DNA of 64,000 nucleotides from Selaginella moellendorffii (Eukaryota > Plantae > Lycopodiophyta), in the NCBI RefSeq assembly GCF_000143415.4, contig NW_003314307.1, forward strand, positions 138,922 through 202,921, read 5' to 3'. The position numbers were made by a program, and so were the translations under genes. The notes under the pieces were generated by a model. The model saw only the letters and a program-made list of their open reading frames with translations. It did no database searches and was not told where the DNA came from. Positions 13,100 through 27,410 of the stretch are shown piece by piece (position 1 is the stretch's first letter; each line of letters starts with the position of its first letter).

Positions 13100-13600
13100 T
13101 TCTCCCACGCATTCTCAAACTTGTTTCCATGTTGTAGATTTGCATCAACACATCTCCTGCATTTGTCAAGAAAACTAAGAAATCAGTCACAGAGATATTG
13201 AACCACATCTTCAATAGCAGGTAGATCAGCTGTGACAATAGAGAGTAAAGCTCGCTGCTGAAACTCTCGTGTCAGCCTAGGGGCATCCAAAGCGTACTCA
13301 ATTGGATTGCCCGTGTAGAACAAGCTCTCCAATTCTCGGATGAGATGTTGTAGAAACACATCCAAAGAATCTGGTCCTTTCTGTAGTTTCTCCTTTGAGA
13401 TCACTGGCAGCACTAAGTCTTCAACTCTGCTTAATGCTGTCACCTCCACCGTTTAGTATCACAATTTCCACGGCATAGATAGTGTGTCCAAGCATTGACG
13501 TGAAACATATGGAAGCCAAGTTTCAAGGATTACCATGCTTCAATACTTGCTTCCATGGAGTAGTTTGTTCACACCAGAAACACGGCACCTCGAGCCTTTG
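13100..13600 (-). mobile_element. Degenerate CACTA/EnSpm (Tnp2/Transposase_21-like) transposase
   Basis: GPDSLDVFLQHLIRELESLFYTG...FQQRALLSIVTADLPA, preceded by HGNP*NLA...IYAVEIVILN; termini not found. Confidence 0.6.
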
Positions 13601-16600
13601 ATGCAGGTTCTTTCAAGCATGGAAGTGTCTGTGGTCATGTAGCAAGCCATTCACTGCACTGATAACACTTGAAGGCAGCTCCATAGTTGGAAGGCCCATA
13701 GTCTTGCACGTAGCCTCAAAGGCTAAGATAGACTCTACAAATTTTAAAGCCACAAATTAAAATGCATTCGACTTAATTTCTAGATAGAACTTTGACGCTG
13801 CTTAGTTCTCCCTTCCTGCTTAAAAGCTGGAACAAGCTAGGAACTTGATCATCTCCTTTGAAGAGCCTTCGAACAGCCTGGGTCACGTGATGTTCATCAA
13901 GCATTGCGAACAATTTAAGAATAGCTTTCCATATCAGATCATGTCAGGGCAGTTTTGCATTGAATTTCAAGCTTTGTAGACCCCAGCTCCGCTGGGAGTA
14001 GTAGATAATTTTTTCAATCTAAAAAGATGTAGTTGTAATTGTTCAATATATTTCCTTGTCTTGCTTTCTCTTAACATGTTTATTCCCGGCTGCTTTTGCT
14101 TCCACTGAGCAAATTTCACTGGATGACCAAGAACATATAGGTTGCTACTGAGACTTACAGCTTTGATTCCAATCTGTGCATTCTACAGTGTTACCAAGTT
14201 TGCAAGTTCTTCATGCCTTTTAGTCGTTTCTTTCCTGCACTAACTGGTTTTTCTCACAAGTTTGAGCCACAAAATCACAGACATCATGCAGCAATGGCAA
14301 TAGTGACAGTTTGGTGACCCTTGTGCGGAAATCCACATTCGCAGCTAAGTTCTTAAGTGTTGTGTCATAATTCTGAAGAATGGAGCTCTACCTCGGCTGC
14401 ATTCAAAAATAAAGAATGATTGAAATCAGCAAACGAGGAAGGTAAGCAAATTGTAAGTTCAGTGCGGATAATGTTACCTGCTGATAAATCTCGCAGATGG
14501 TGTCTTCTTTTTCGTTGCACCAGTGCTGCCACTTTTGATGAGCATACTGCCAAACACAAAAGAGAAAAAAAAAAATGAGGAAGAGCCAGAAACTCACTTA
14601 GAACTCTCACACAACACAAAGAACAAAGTTCCCTACCCTCAACCTACTGCAACAAGAGCATGGGATTTCGGGATTCCCAGCCTCGTCCTTCTCCTACCAG
14701 ATTCTACTTTTGTGATGGTGGCTTTGCAGAGTGATCCTTGTGATGGTGGTGATGCTGCTGAACATGAAAAAACTGGTTTTGGGTCAGCAGCAATGAGCTG
14801 GTTCCATTCTTCCAGAAATGGGATTCGCCCAAACGAGCACCGAGTCTCTCGATGTGTAGAGCATATAAGCCATTTGTGGAGAGAAAAGAACACAACCATA
14901 ACGCCTTTGATTGCATGGCATCCAGGAGCACTGTGCCATGAAACTTACAGCCAGGTAGGAGATATCAAACAAGGAGAACTCTGACTCAAGAAACTTTGCC
15001 ATGCTCAGCAGGGGATGAGCAATTCTCACAGTCAACTTGGATGCATAACTCCAAGCAATGTCGACAACATCAAATGAGAAAGAGTGAGCATGACAAGGAA
15101 ATTGACACAAGCATGACAAGGAAAAGAAAGAGTACACATACCTCAAGTGGTCATCAGGGAGAGAGCAACAGAGTGGCAGGAGACCGGACTGGTGCTGTGT
15201 AGCATTTAAAAAGGCTGAAAAACAGAGGTGAGGCATCAGACACCAAGAAAAAGAAAGCAATGATCAAAATCAGCAAGAAAATCATAAGTTCAATGAAGAT
15301 GACGTTACCTGCTGACAAATATCACAGATGGTGTTCCCTTATCCTTATTCCCAGTGACTTCACATTGGGAGCTGAGAACTATTCCAAGCCGCAGTGCTTC
15401 TGGCCTCATGGAATAAAAAACGTTCTGGTTCCTATTGAGCGCGTCCTGCATGAATCAAGCACAGAGGTCCAGAGAACATCATCGAGAGCATCTTCGCAAG
15501 GTATGAATTGAAAGATTCTGTCCAGTCTATCTCTATCTGAAAATCCTTGTTAGAAGCTTTTGACATGGCTTGAACAATGATGTGCACAATGTCCTCCTGT
15601 CTAGAGGAGTTGAGACAAGATATTACACAAAGTGCTCAAGGTATCTTGCTTTTGTCTTCCAACCTCGCTATTCTCCGAAGGTTTAAAACTCTACTCTCTA
15701 CCAGGAAGTTTTCCCGAGCCCCTCCACCCAAGCTGTGATCTTCCACATACAGCCTAAGCAGCAATTTCACACAGCTTGTCTAATGCAGAAGAAAGTGATC
15801 ATTCAAGTCCTTATGGAAGCCTTCAAAACTGGATCAAAATTTTGATTCACTAAGTGGATCAAGAAACTTCAGCAGCACATGCAAGACAATAGCTGGATGA
15901 TTAAACTGTAACTATAACCCACACCTGAGCAGCATTCTCAGCTTTTGGTTCCAGAATGTTTTCTCACTTTCCAATATTGATGTCAAGAGACATCAAAAGT
16001 CCCTTCCTAAAGGATCAATGGCAGGATTTGTTAGATGCAAAACATTAATCTTTATGTCCATCCAAAGCCATTGCTCTAGTTAACGTAGACCATCTATCCA
16101 CAGCCGCATAGATCATTGGATTGTTAGTCGCTTGAGAATTCATAGTTTGTGAGTTGTTTGAGGATTGCATCGCTCAGAAATCATTGGACTATGAGTTGGC
16201 TCACAGATCAATTGGGATTGCGAGTTATTCAATGTTCATGGCTAGGGTTGAGATTTACCAGGAAGAAAGACTGAGCTGGGCAAACAGTTTAGCTGAGTAT
16301 TTGCACCCTAGATGTGGTGCTTTGTGCACCAAGAGTGATGTTCACATTGTAGGATGTTCCGTGTATGGAAATTACTGCAGAACGGGCTCCTAGAGGAAGC
16401 CAACTGGGTTTTGAGAAGATGACACAGTGGAGTTTCATTGCCTGGAACATGATTGTGGTAGGGTGAATCTCTTTTGGCAAAATGGCCGGGAAAACTCAGT
16501 GTTGTGCCTCTATGATCGCACGTTGGCAAGCTCAAGCAGGCAAAGTACAAGATGCCCATGTAAACGATGTGAAACTCCATGATGGCGGGCTTTGCTCTCT

Positions 16601-17151
16601 GGACAAGGATGGGAAGCTCTAGAGCTGTGGAAAATGGTCGTGGCAGTGGGGATAGAGTTTGCAAAAATACCCTTCCATATGTGTACCCTCAGCAGGGAAA
16701 GAAATTTTTCCACTCACTCCTCCCCCCATCTTCCTGGGGCACTATAAACACGGTCCTCATTCCAAAAAAAAAAAAAAACGTGGCCAACATATTTAGCACA
16801 TTTGACTAAACCTGTTGTAGTTGTAGAACTAAAAGTTCTTTCAACCAAATGTAGTGTACGAAGAACCAGTATTACAATGCAGAAGCATCTTCCAAACTCA
16901 GAGCTGGTAATCAAAGTGTTCCAGTGGCTATGGGACAGAGGAAGAAACTACAGGGTGGTGTCGAGGGGATTTTAAGTATCAAGAATGGAAAAGATCAACA
17001 CTCAACTCAGTTTCGAAGGAAGGCAATAAAACCACTCTTTCTTGGACCCTCCAGGACTCATGTAGAAGCATAGGACTTGTGGTATATCTAGAATGAGGGC
17101 TTGAGGCCCAGTATTTGTACTATCATAAGGAGACAATAGAGTTTTATAAAT

Positions 17152-20100
17152 ACTACAAGGAATCCAGATCTGCTGGAATTGATAGGAAATCTGTTACATT
17201 GGTGATATGAATCCTAGAGAATTTCTTTGTGCACTTTGTTTTTGTATAGACAGTATCGTTCTGGAGCACATCTTGTCCCACACATTGTTTGATGGACATT
17301 GTAATTTGTTTCTTTGTGTTCTCCTTGAAAGTGCAGCATAAAGTTGACCATGGCCAAAAACTGGCCTTGGCAAGTAGATACCCACATTCTGTAATGTTTG
17401 TCCCTAAGATTTACAAATTGTTATGGAGATTACAAGCCTTATTGGGACTTGTCGTCAATTGAGAATAAATGACATATCTCCATCAGTTGGTTTTAAAGAG
17501 ATTCTTGGTAGAAGGATTTTTTTTCCTTGCATACCATTATGTAGAATTTCAGCTTCTATAACATGTGGCAATGCCTTGGTTATAATTTTGTAATGTTTGT
17601 CCTTAAGAGTTGCAAATTGTTATGGAGAATGCAAGCCTTATTGGGAATTTTTGTCATTTGAGGATAAATGACATGTCTCCATCAGTCGGTTTTAAAGAGA
17701 TTCTTGGTAGAAGGACTTTCTTTCCTTGCATACCATTATGTCAAGTTTGAGCTTCTATAACATTTGGTAGCACCTTGGTTATAATTAGTTTAGTACCCTT
17801 ACAGAGGCCTTTTTTAGTGTTGATGTTGCATAACAACATTACAATACATCCAATTTTTATATGTAGCTTGTGTAGAGGCATTTCAGATGGTGTTATCTAT
17901 CAATGCTTCTGTATTGTATTGTTCTGCCAATCATTCTTGAAAGGACTGGTCATTCACTTGAAGAGAGAGATTATTTAAAGTCATGAGAATAGCTTTCTGT
18001 GATAGGTTTGGATCATTTGGTTGTATGTGTTTTCTCTATCATTTGTTCTCTGGTGGTGGATGTTAGAGGTAATTTTGTAACTTCCTGGTTGAATCCTTGG
18101 AGGCTAGGTAGGTTACTATCTGGACCATTTCCTTTCTTCAGAGTTCACCCTCACATTTGTGTGTAATGAGAACTTTACAAGTCTCCACCAGAGATGTAAA
18201 ATGAGGATTTCATGCTATTTTGGATAATTTGTGTGTGACGGGCTCATTTAGAATAGGTAATGTCTGTATGAACTCTCCTCCTGTTACTAAAATGATGCCA
18301 CCATCACAGTTTTTTATGTCACACAAGACCCTCTCGACAGCTTTAAAAGTGTGAATGATACTATGCTTATCTTGTCCCATATGAGCAGTTCAGCTCTCCT
18401 TATGACCTCAGCAAGTGCTGAATTCTCTCTCAGATCCGAGGTGCATGTTTCTGTGATTGGTACCAGTAGCTTAAATGTTGAAGGAGCCGTTTGGCCAGAG
18501 TACTCGCTATTCCTGTCCATGTGACTGCTAAGACTTTCATGTCATAAACAGTGGCATATTTTATCAGTGTGTTAAAAAGGTATGATTTCCCCTTGCCTCT
18601 GAATCCATCAAGAATAATCTGTGTGTTTCTTTTTAGTTTTGTATTGTGTTCAAGATGTTGTTAAATATGTGAAGCTGTTCCATGTGCAGTCTGGTTTTAA
18701 ATAATTCAGCTTCATCAGGCATGCATGGCATACAGCTTGTTTGGTTGTTGTTCTGCTATCTCTTATAAAATCTGGATCTAGTGACTCATAGTCAGAAAGT
18801 TTCTTGCCATGTTCCTGGAGTAATATCGACATTTTATGCAATCCATGTTGCACTGCTTCATAGTTGTGAATTCATACCAGGTCTTCACATATGCTTTCTT
18901 TGAATTTATCCCATAGTTTTTTGGGATCAAGGAGCTCACAAAAAAAAAACATACATCACTGAATAGATATCTTAATTTTGCAGGCATCTGAAATGTCAAC
19001 GACTCTTCTAAGCATTTTTCCCATGTAGAAGTCCCATTTCTTATGCAGTAGAACAGTATGTGTCATATGCAACACTGTTTAGTACCTTTAAATCACTATA
19101 ACTTGTAGCTCCTTTTTTGTAGAGCAGGAGCATACATAGGTAGAAACATTCAGAGTCATGCAGTGATACAGTGTACATTCTACCAACAACTTTGAATGCA
19201 TGTTGGCATGGTGTCCACATTCTATTTCTTGAATTCCATGTATACCACTTAGAAATCTCATGGTACAAGAGTGTCCTTGCAAATTCATCAGTCTTGTTTA
19301 GCTCAAACCATTCTGTCAGTTTGGTTTTACGGCCTCTTTCTAATACGATCTCTTCCTTGCCCTAATTGAAATAAATACTTTGAATGTTTTCCAGGTGGAT
19401 GTCCACTCTTTTGATAGAATGTGATCTCCCATGCAAGTCATATCCATATATCCTCCATATTCCTTCTGATGCAGAGATATAGTGGCAGTTTCTGAAAGCC
19501 TCTATTTTGTCCCAGTCTAGTACTTGTTCAGGTGTTGAGTTCTCATCCCTTCGAAGGCGTACCTCCACACAATCATGTTGTATATGTATTTAAATATATA
19601 CTTAACACTTTTCACAGTGGAACACACCTTAACATTTATGTGTGCTCTGTTGTATGGCACGACAAACCTGTTGTCAATGGGTTTGTTCTTTATTAGGATG
19701 GTACGTCCTTGCCACCTTCTATTCTAGCCACCAACATTCTGTGTTTCTTCACAGTAATCTCTTGGGTAGTTTGACTTACATTCACCATCCTTCGTGCACA
19801 GGCTGTTTGGAAATTCAGGCCTACAAGAGCCATGTATCATGTGTTTTTTAACCAATGCATACAGTTCTAGGTTTAGTTTAGCATTTGGTATTTCAACATT
19901 AACTATATTGTCTATGTCATCGACAGTTCTGATTTTATTATCTTTACCATGGATCACCAATATATGACAGTGTGGCAGTCCTTGTTTTTAGAATTCAATC
20001 ACATAGACATAAGCATTGACTTGGCCAAATATTTCTCATTTGTAAATGTCATCTATGAGTTCTTGTTTTGTGATGTGGAACACACATGCAACCAAGTCAG

Positions 20101-20285
20101 GTCTGTCTGCAGTTGTTTGTCCAGGTAGAAGGTTTTCAGTGATCTCTTTCCATTTAGGATTGCAAGTGAATGTTATGAACAAATCAGGTTTTCCATACTT
20201 CCTCATAAGGCTCATGAGATCCTTGTAGTTCTGATTCATCTGTCATGGGCCTCCAGTGAATGAGGATGGAATTATTATTATTTTA
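17152..20285 (-). mobile_element. Decayed Helitron (Rep-helicase) with 3' terminus
   Basis: Rep motifs YGKPDLFITFTCNPKW, DRPDLVA, VIEF*KQGLPHCHIL; PIF1 helicase LLIWDKIS, GIYLPRPVFGHGQLYAALSR; subterminal hairpin TCCAG-atctg-CTGGA near 17163-17177. Confidence 0.9.
17389..17786. repeat. About 198-bp diverged tandem duplication within Helitron helicase
   Basis: tgtaatgtttgtcc...ttggttataatt occurs twice back to back. Confidence 0.85.
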
Positions 20286-20622
20286 TTATTATAACACTTT
20301 AAATTCTCAAGATATCATTATTCAGCAATCCGGGTTGTGCTGGAGCATGGAGTGCAGGTGTTCTTTAGCCATCATATACCTGCAAAGCTCAAGAGCTCAC
20401 TCATTATGAGGACATAAATGTGTATAAACTTCCAATGCCTCACATACAGCAAGGAAGAAATCTCCTCCTGGGATCTCTCTAGCTTCTTGGACACTTCCAA
20501 TGCTAGTGTAGCCAGCCACAACTTAATCACAAGCCTCTTTCCAATGTCACACTAACTGGCAAACTGATGCTCCAAGAAAGTGTTGATGTCATTTCATTAG
20601 TAAATGTATGTTGGAATCATCA

Positions 20623-23600
20623 AGAGAAAGGTGGGGACTTATGATCAATCTATAATAGTTATCCCCATGGTTATGGATTAGACCCATGTGCCAAAGTTAG
20701 CCTGCCAAAACTGACCCAAGTACAAACAAACAAGAGAAACGAAACTTTGATTTATAGAAATATATTATTTTATTGATTTGCAAGATTTATTACAAGATTT
20801 ACAAAAGCTAGTCTTTATTATGATTTTCATACTCTGTGACAAGCTCACAAGCATGCGTAAGATTCCTAAGAGGCTCCCAAGTTGATTCACAAGATGGGTA
20901 ACCTTTCCATTTAACTAAATATTCTTTAGTTCGACCACCACGTGCCTTACGAGATAAAAGAATAACCTCAACCTCATACTCCGGTTCACCATCAATAACA
21001 TTTAGAGCTGGATGGACATCCCTAGAGTGGCTAGGATCCTTATGATATGGGGCCAGTAAATTGACATGAAACACAATATGAAGTCTAGACATCTCTTGTG
21101 GAATATCCAACTGATAGGATACATCACCAATTTGTTTCAACACCCAATAAGGTCCAACATATCATGGTAACAGCTTCCAAGACAAAGATCCCTTAATATT
21201 CAAGTTCTGGGAAGATAGCCACATCTGATCTCCCACATGATAGAATACATGTCGACAATGCTGATCCTTATCATGATACCTATCCTGAGCTTCGCCCATT
21301 GCCTTAGTAGCTCTAGACCAAACTTGGCATAGCTGCTCCACATAAGTCTCAACAGCAGGGGTTAACATTCGGGACATTGGTTTCGACACAACAATCTTCC
21401 CTTCTAGCATTGTGTGTGAAGATTGTGATCCAAGATCCTTCACACAACAATCTTGGATCCCACGGTGCGGTGAATTGAGGAGGAATGTACAATCTTCGGT
21501 AATGGTGATGTTATTGCTGCCTGGAAGTCCTCTCCTCACTATTGTGTGACTGATCCCTCCAACTAAAATTGCTGTTTCCAGACTCCCATTAGGCCATGCA
21601 AGTGTAGTGTTGCCATGCCAATCCCACAACCTCATACCAGTATAGCTGTACCCTTGGTGCTATCCATTAGGAATCACAACCAAAGGTGAGCCGCTCCTCT
21701 CAGATCCAGGTTGAAGTTACATTTCTGCACTCCAACAAGCTAGCTTGATGCAGCCTCTAACACGAGCCATGCCTCTCGAAACATCCCATACATCTAAATG
21801 GCGGTGCTTTGAGTGCCTTGATCATGGTGAATCTAGCCGCTTTTCTACACCAACTCCAAACTCTATCTAACTCAATTGCCAAAATTTCAAAAGTCAATAT
21901 CCCTTTCGGGCCACATCATACAAATTACAAACTAAGGTCTAAGCTAACCAAAGTCAACTCCAACCCTTTCACTAATTTGTACTAATTTATAAAAATGGAA
22001 AGGTTTTTGAGCAAAATTATCAAGAGATTAGCTATTGGAAAAGTCTAAGAAAATTTATGGAAATTTTTCCATCCTAAAGAAAGAATGACTCTTAGTCTAA
22101 GAATATAAACTTTTAAGACTTAACCAACTTCTTCCTATTTACAATTTCACATAGATTCACCTCAACACAAATTTTTATGACCCAACACTAGGCTTAAACA
22201 TTAAACATTATGCCCATGTTTCCAAATCTAATATCGACATTTATAAAATGCAAAATAAATATCCAAGGCTCAATCACAAAGACTACATCTTTGATTATCC
22301 ACATTGCACTAATACTTTTCTTCAACTACCTTCAGGATCCAATGTGAAGCCAAAACACTAACAAAAAAAATGACATGGAAAATCAAGTTCTAAGGAAAAT
22401 TCCTCATTACTCGAAATAACAATACCACTTCCACTAACAGAAGTGCTAATAATGTCAATACCTCAACTACACACCTTTTTCATTTAACAATCTACTCCAA
22501 GTGCTAATGGATAGACCAACAAACTATAACAAGTGAATACTATAACCCTTTCCAACACCTTATGGGCAAACTCTCAAGGAAACAAGGTACCAACATAAAC
22601 TTAACATATCATAGATCACTATTAAAAACTTAGTTAAAGCTACTACAAAGAAATTTTATAAACACATTGCTCACAATCATATAGATATAATATAAAATCA
22701 CAATGACTTGATCATCAATTGAGCAACACCATAAGTAATGCTCATGTCATTATTTTGAAGGTTTATGTGAATATCAAATGCCAACTTGATTTGATAAAAT
22801 GCAACATAAATGCCACACCTCACTAATAAAGATTTACAACACTAAAGAACACTAACTTTATTCGCAACATAGATAAGCTCATATTACTTTTTATCTGACT
22901 AAACTCAAAACTGATCCAACACTAAGCTACTCAAAGAGCAATAGCAAGGTTCCCTGGAAAAGAATTGAGCATTGCAACCCAAGTTATGAATAGTAAGCCT
23001 AAACAAAATGGTTTAGTGCTTCATTGCTATCCATCCCACGACTCACCATTTGCAAGACTACTACAACTAACATGCATCAAGGTAGGGACTCTTGATCGTA
23101 TAATATGAACACAAATAATGAGTTAACATCTTATTGCAAATCAAAAAAAGTAAATGATTTACATGTTTGATCCTTCATCCCTGAGGATTCTTTTTTCGGT
23201 CTCCATCTTTGACTAAAATTTAAGCTTGCTTTCGCACTGCCTTCAGTTCAATCCAAGAAAAATTTATTAGAGAGCATGGCAATGACTACTTGAACCAACA
23301 GATTAATCCCAATAGTCTTGATTGATCCACTTATAATCATACTTAAGAAGAATCTACTAGTACCATAGTAAATAGCTATAGACCAGCCTATTTACCACTC
23401 ATAGTAAACCCAAAGAAGTTTTATTTTTTCCCATGGCACATAGAACAACTCATGGAACCATTGGAACAATTCATGGAACCACTAATGGGCTAATATTAAT
23501 CCTACCAACTCAAAGTGTAACCTTGAGTTGCTAATATGCCTCACTCACAAGCCCAAGTGCAAACTTGTATAAGCAAAATATCTTACATCCATCTTGTGAG

Positions 23601-23778
23601 CCCAAGTGCAAACTCACATAATCTAGTATGAAAAGGTAACAAAAATCCATACCCAAGGAACGAATACGAAGCCTTTGCACCCAAACATATACCCACTTGA
23701 ATCATCTGTGTGTGCAATGAGATTAGTTGTCCAATCTCATTGGATAGTACTCACTGAGATGTATGCTCTGATACCAAA
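20623..23778 (-). mobile_element. Non-autonomous gypsy internal region (family B): PBS, about 2 kb non-coding DNA, integrase tail and chromodomain; 3' LTR missing
   Basis: PBS TGGTATCAGAGC at 23765-23776; ORF 20808..21143 EYEVEVILLSR...EYLVKWKGYPSCESTWEP. Confidence 0.8.
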
Positions 23779-24938
23779 TGTAGCACACGTGGTTTTCACC
23801 CTTCATCTTATGATGATTTACCATAGGATAATCACGAAGTGGAACCTAAACCTTCATATGCCACGTGTTACATGCCACATGCCATATGCCACATGTCCAA
23901 AGAACAGTGGTGTCGAACCCAAGTTTCAAGGCTTTGGGCCATTGAATGAACAAATGGAGCCAAACTCCCAAACATAGAGCCAAAAAGCGAAGGAACTAAA
24001 GCATAGAGTAACTCTTAAGTGTATAGCCTAAGGAGCGAAGGGACAGGAGCACAGAGTGACTTTGAGTAGTCCTAGAGTATTCAGCATCCCAATGTTACGA
24101 CTAACACGCAAAACAGAGCCAAGCAGAGTTTGGTGCTATTTCAGTATATTGGTGGCCTAACATGAGGATATGGGTACTCCACCAACTAACATGGTATGGA
24201 ACTTGAGCTTAGACCCAAGTCGGATGTAGAACAAGGATAGGCACGCAAATGGGAGTTAGACTATGCCTCAAGTTGGTTGGCCATGCCCAACTTACCCACT
24301 ATCCCTATTATACATTTATAACCTTCTACATCACCCCCCCCCCCCCCCCCCCCCCCTTGAGGAATGCATGCTTTGGGCTTTCACTCTTAGCCATCTTTAG
24401 TACTAGAAGTTAGTCTTTGGGACTAACTCAAAACTTACTAAATAAGGAATGTCCCTAAATTGTGAATTTGAACATGGGACGAACACCATTGTGTTTAGGA
24501 CAATTTGTAAATTTTGTAAATATGCCAAATGAGTAAATCTAGACACTTTCCATAAATAACATTTAAGACCAAATTGAGACTAACACAAAAGGTATGATAG
24601 CAAGGGTGTTTGGCAAACACGGTAAGTTATCATTTAACGAATATTGAGGGACTAATCTCAATATTGCAGAGGTTCCCAACATTAGCAAGTGCAAGCCAAC
24701 AACATGAGTTTTTCATCATCATATTGAGTATGTTTGACTTAATGACAACTTAGGATTTCCTTCCTTAGTGCCCTTTTAGTCTAAGTGCACATGTGTTGAC
24801 TAATTTCTTAATTAATATGGGTGGAGACCATAAAGGGAACTAATAATACCGACCTCCTACCCTTGTGGTAGTAAAGAAAGAGTGTCCATAAGAATTAGTT
24901 AACAAGTATCTTTGATACCCGAAATCATATTCACAACA
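23779..24938 (-). mobile_element. Chimeric LTR (left part family B, right part family C), flanked by PBS and PPT
   Basis: Left part matches 44828 onward; right part matches 38040-38283; PBS on left, PPT ctctccccccct on right. Confidence 0.8.
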
Positions 24939-25679
24939 CTCTCCCCCCCTAGGGAAGATTGATGTCCTTGTTGATGTATACCCAAGTTTAGCAAACTGTC
25001 ATGGAAACAATTCCAAAAGTTAACAGAAAGCACACTATATAAGAAACACACTGACTTAAATGAGTTATGGAACGACCTTTCCTTTATGTCTAAAGATGTT
25101 AAAACTCAAACACCCTTTGGCCATCACCGACAAGGAAATGACTAATGGAGTTAGCCACCCTTGCTGCTCTGAGTACCACTCGGCTTATAAAGGAATGATA
25201 CATCCTTGCCTGCAGAGACATAGGAAGAGGGCTAGAGGCTGAATTACCCCTAAGCAAAGAAATCAACCCTATCGAGAAGATTTAGACAAGTATTATAAAT
25301 GGGCAGATTAAGTTGTTTATATGACTACACCCCTTTCAAAAATGAGTCATTGAGAGAGAGGTAGGGACTTGTGATTAGTCTATAATAGTTATCCCTGGTT
25401 ATGGATTGGACCCATGCACCAAAGTGCTGAAGTCAGTCTGCCAAAACTGACCCAAGTACAAACGAATGAAAGAAACAAAACTTTGATTTATAGAAATATA
25501 TTACTTTATTGATTTGCAAGATTTATTACAAGATTGACAAAAACTAGTCTTTATTATGATTCTCATACTCTGTGACAAGCTCACAAGCATGCGTAAGATT
25601 TCTAAGAGGCTCCCAAGTTGATTCACAAGATGGGTAACCTTTCCATTTAACTAAATATTCTTTGGTTCGACCACCACGT

Positions 25680-25935
25680 TGTCACGAATGTGACTTTGGG
25701 TATTGAAAATTACCTATCGGCCAATCTTTACGGACAATCTTTCCTTACTGCCACGATGGTAGGAGGTCAGTATTGCTGGACCCTTTATTAGTCCCTCTTG
25801 TTCAAGTGTTAGTAAACTGGACTTTGCTGTACTTGGCCGGACGAGCATAAGGAAGGAATTCCTACGTGTCTATTTAACCAAGTATATTTGGCCTAGCTTT
25901 TTAGTTCTCTTTTGCTTTATCTTGCACTGTCCTAC
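25680..25935 (+). mobile_element. Truncated family-B LTR fragment in opposite orientation
   Basis: tgtcacgaatgtgactttggg is the reverse complement of the LTR end at 47700-47719. Confidence 0.7.
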
Positions 25936-27129
25936 ACAAGTTCTGGGAAGATAGCCACACCTCATTTCCCACTTGATAGGATACATCCCAATGATGCTAA
26001 TCCTTGTCATGTCAATACCTATCCTAAGCTTTGCTTATTGCCTTAGTAGCTCTAGACCGACATTGACATAGCTGCTCCACATAAGTCTCAACAGCCGGGA
26101 CCGACACTTCGAACATTGGTTTTGGCACAACAATCTATTAAGGCACCCCACAAGCATTCCCTTGTAGCATCTCCCATGGAGAACAACCAATAGCGCTATG
26201 GAATGTGTTGTTATAATAGATTTCTGTTGTATCTAAATGCTCAACCTAGTCGCATTAGTCCACTACAACATAGTACTATAGATAATCCTCAACTTGAGCA
26301 TTCACGTGTTCAATCTGCCCATTGGTTTGAGGATGATAAGCTGTACTAAAGTGTAAGCCACAAATTTTTCCTTTCCAATTTGCCAGCTTACCTCGTCTAT
26401 CCGTCCAACACTGCCTTGGCTTTTGCTAAGTTCCCTTGCCAAGGTTCTCGCCTATGGTACCAGCTCCTACTTGGTTTCAGCTACTCACTGCACGAGCAAC
26501 AGAGTGTTAGCCATCCTTCCACGGATTCCCAAATCACTCCCAATCCCCCTCCCCGGGTTAGACTGGACTTAAGGTTCGGCTACACTCCCCGCAAGCACAA
26601 GCAGCCAAGCACACCAAGCTTCCAGGTTCCTAACATCCCTTGGTACCACAAGACTTGATCATGGGACCCTCTAAATCCCAAGTCTTGAGTGCAACACTTG
26701 CTTCGGGACGCCGGGGCGAAACACCGTGGCCTAACGGCCCGGTATGGGTACCTCTCGCCCCCCACATCCATCCCGAAGGAAGGCCCAAGCCCCTAGGAAG
26801 GGCGAGGACCAATGAGCCGCATGGTACTCAAGTGGGGCACCACTCCACATGAGCCGGGAGCACCGCAATCGGTTTCCCTTTCGGGAGTGGGAGCTGCTCT
26901 TGAGCACTTCCTTGGATGGCCCCTCCGGCACCAGCCAAGTCCATGCTCACTCCCACCCAAGGCCCCTTAGTCCCAGTCCCAACCTCAAGTCGGTTTGGAA
27001 GCCCAACTGGAGAGTCCCTTCAAAACTGGTTCCTGGACCTCACTATCCCTACTATACTTTTGGAACCCCCTGCAGCCCCCCCCCCCTGGGGGACGCACGC
27101 TTTGGGCTTTCACCCCTTGACCCGTATTA

Positions 27130-27410
27130 GTATTTGGACTTAGTCTCTGGCTCGATCTTGGATCCGATTTCGGATCCGACTTCGGATTCGGTCTCGGACT
27201 CGATCGCGGACTCGATCTCGGACCTGATCTCGGGCCCGACCTCGGACTCGACTTCGGACTCGGTCTCGGACCCGATTTCGGATCTCGGACTCCGTCTCGA
27301 ACTCGGTCTCGAACTCGGACTCGAACTCGGTCCCCGAGTCGGTCTTGGACTCGATTCCGGACTCTATCTCGAACTCGGTCCTAGAGTCGGTCTTGGACTC
27401 GATCTTTGAC
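27130..27410. repeat. Hexamer-based (ctcgga-type) tandem array inside LTR A (also 33514-33794)
   Basis: Direct reading; source of spurious SD/RD-repeat ORFs. Confidence 0.9.
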
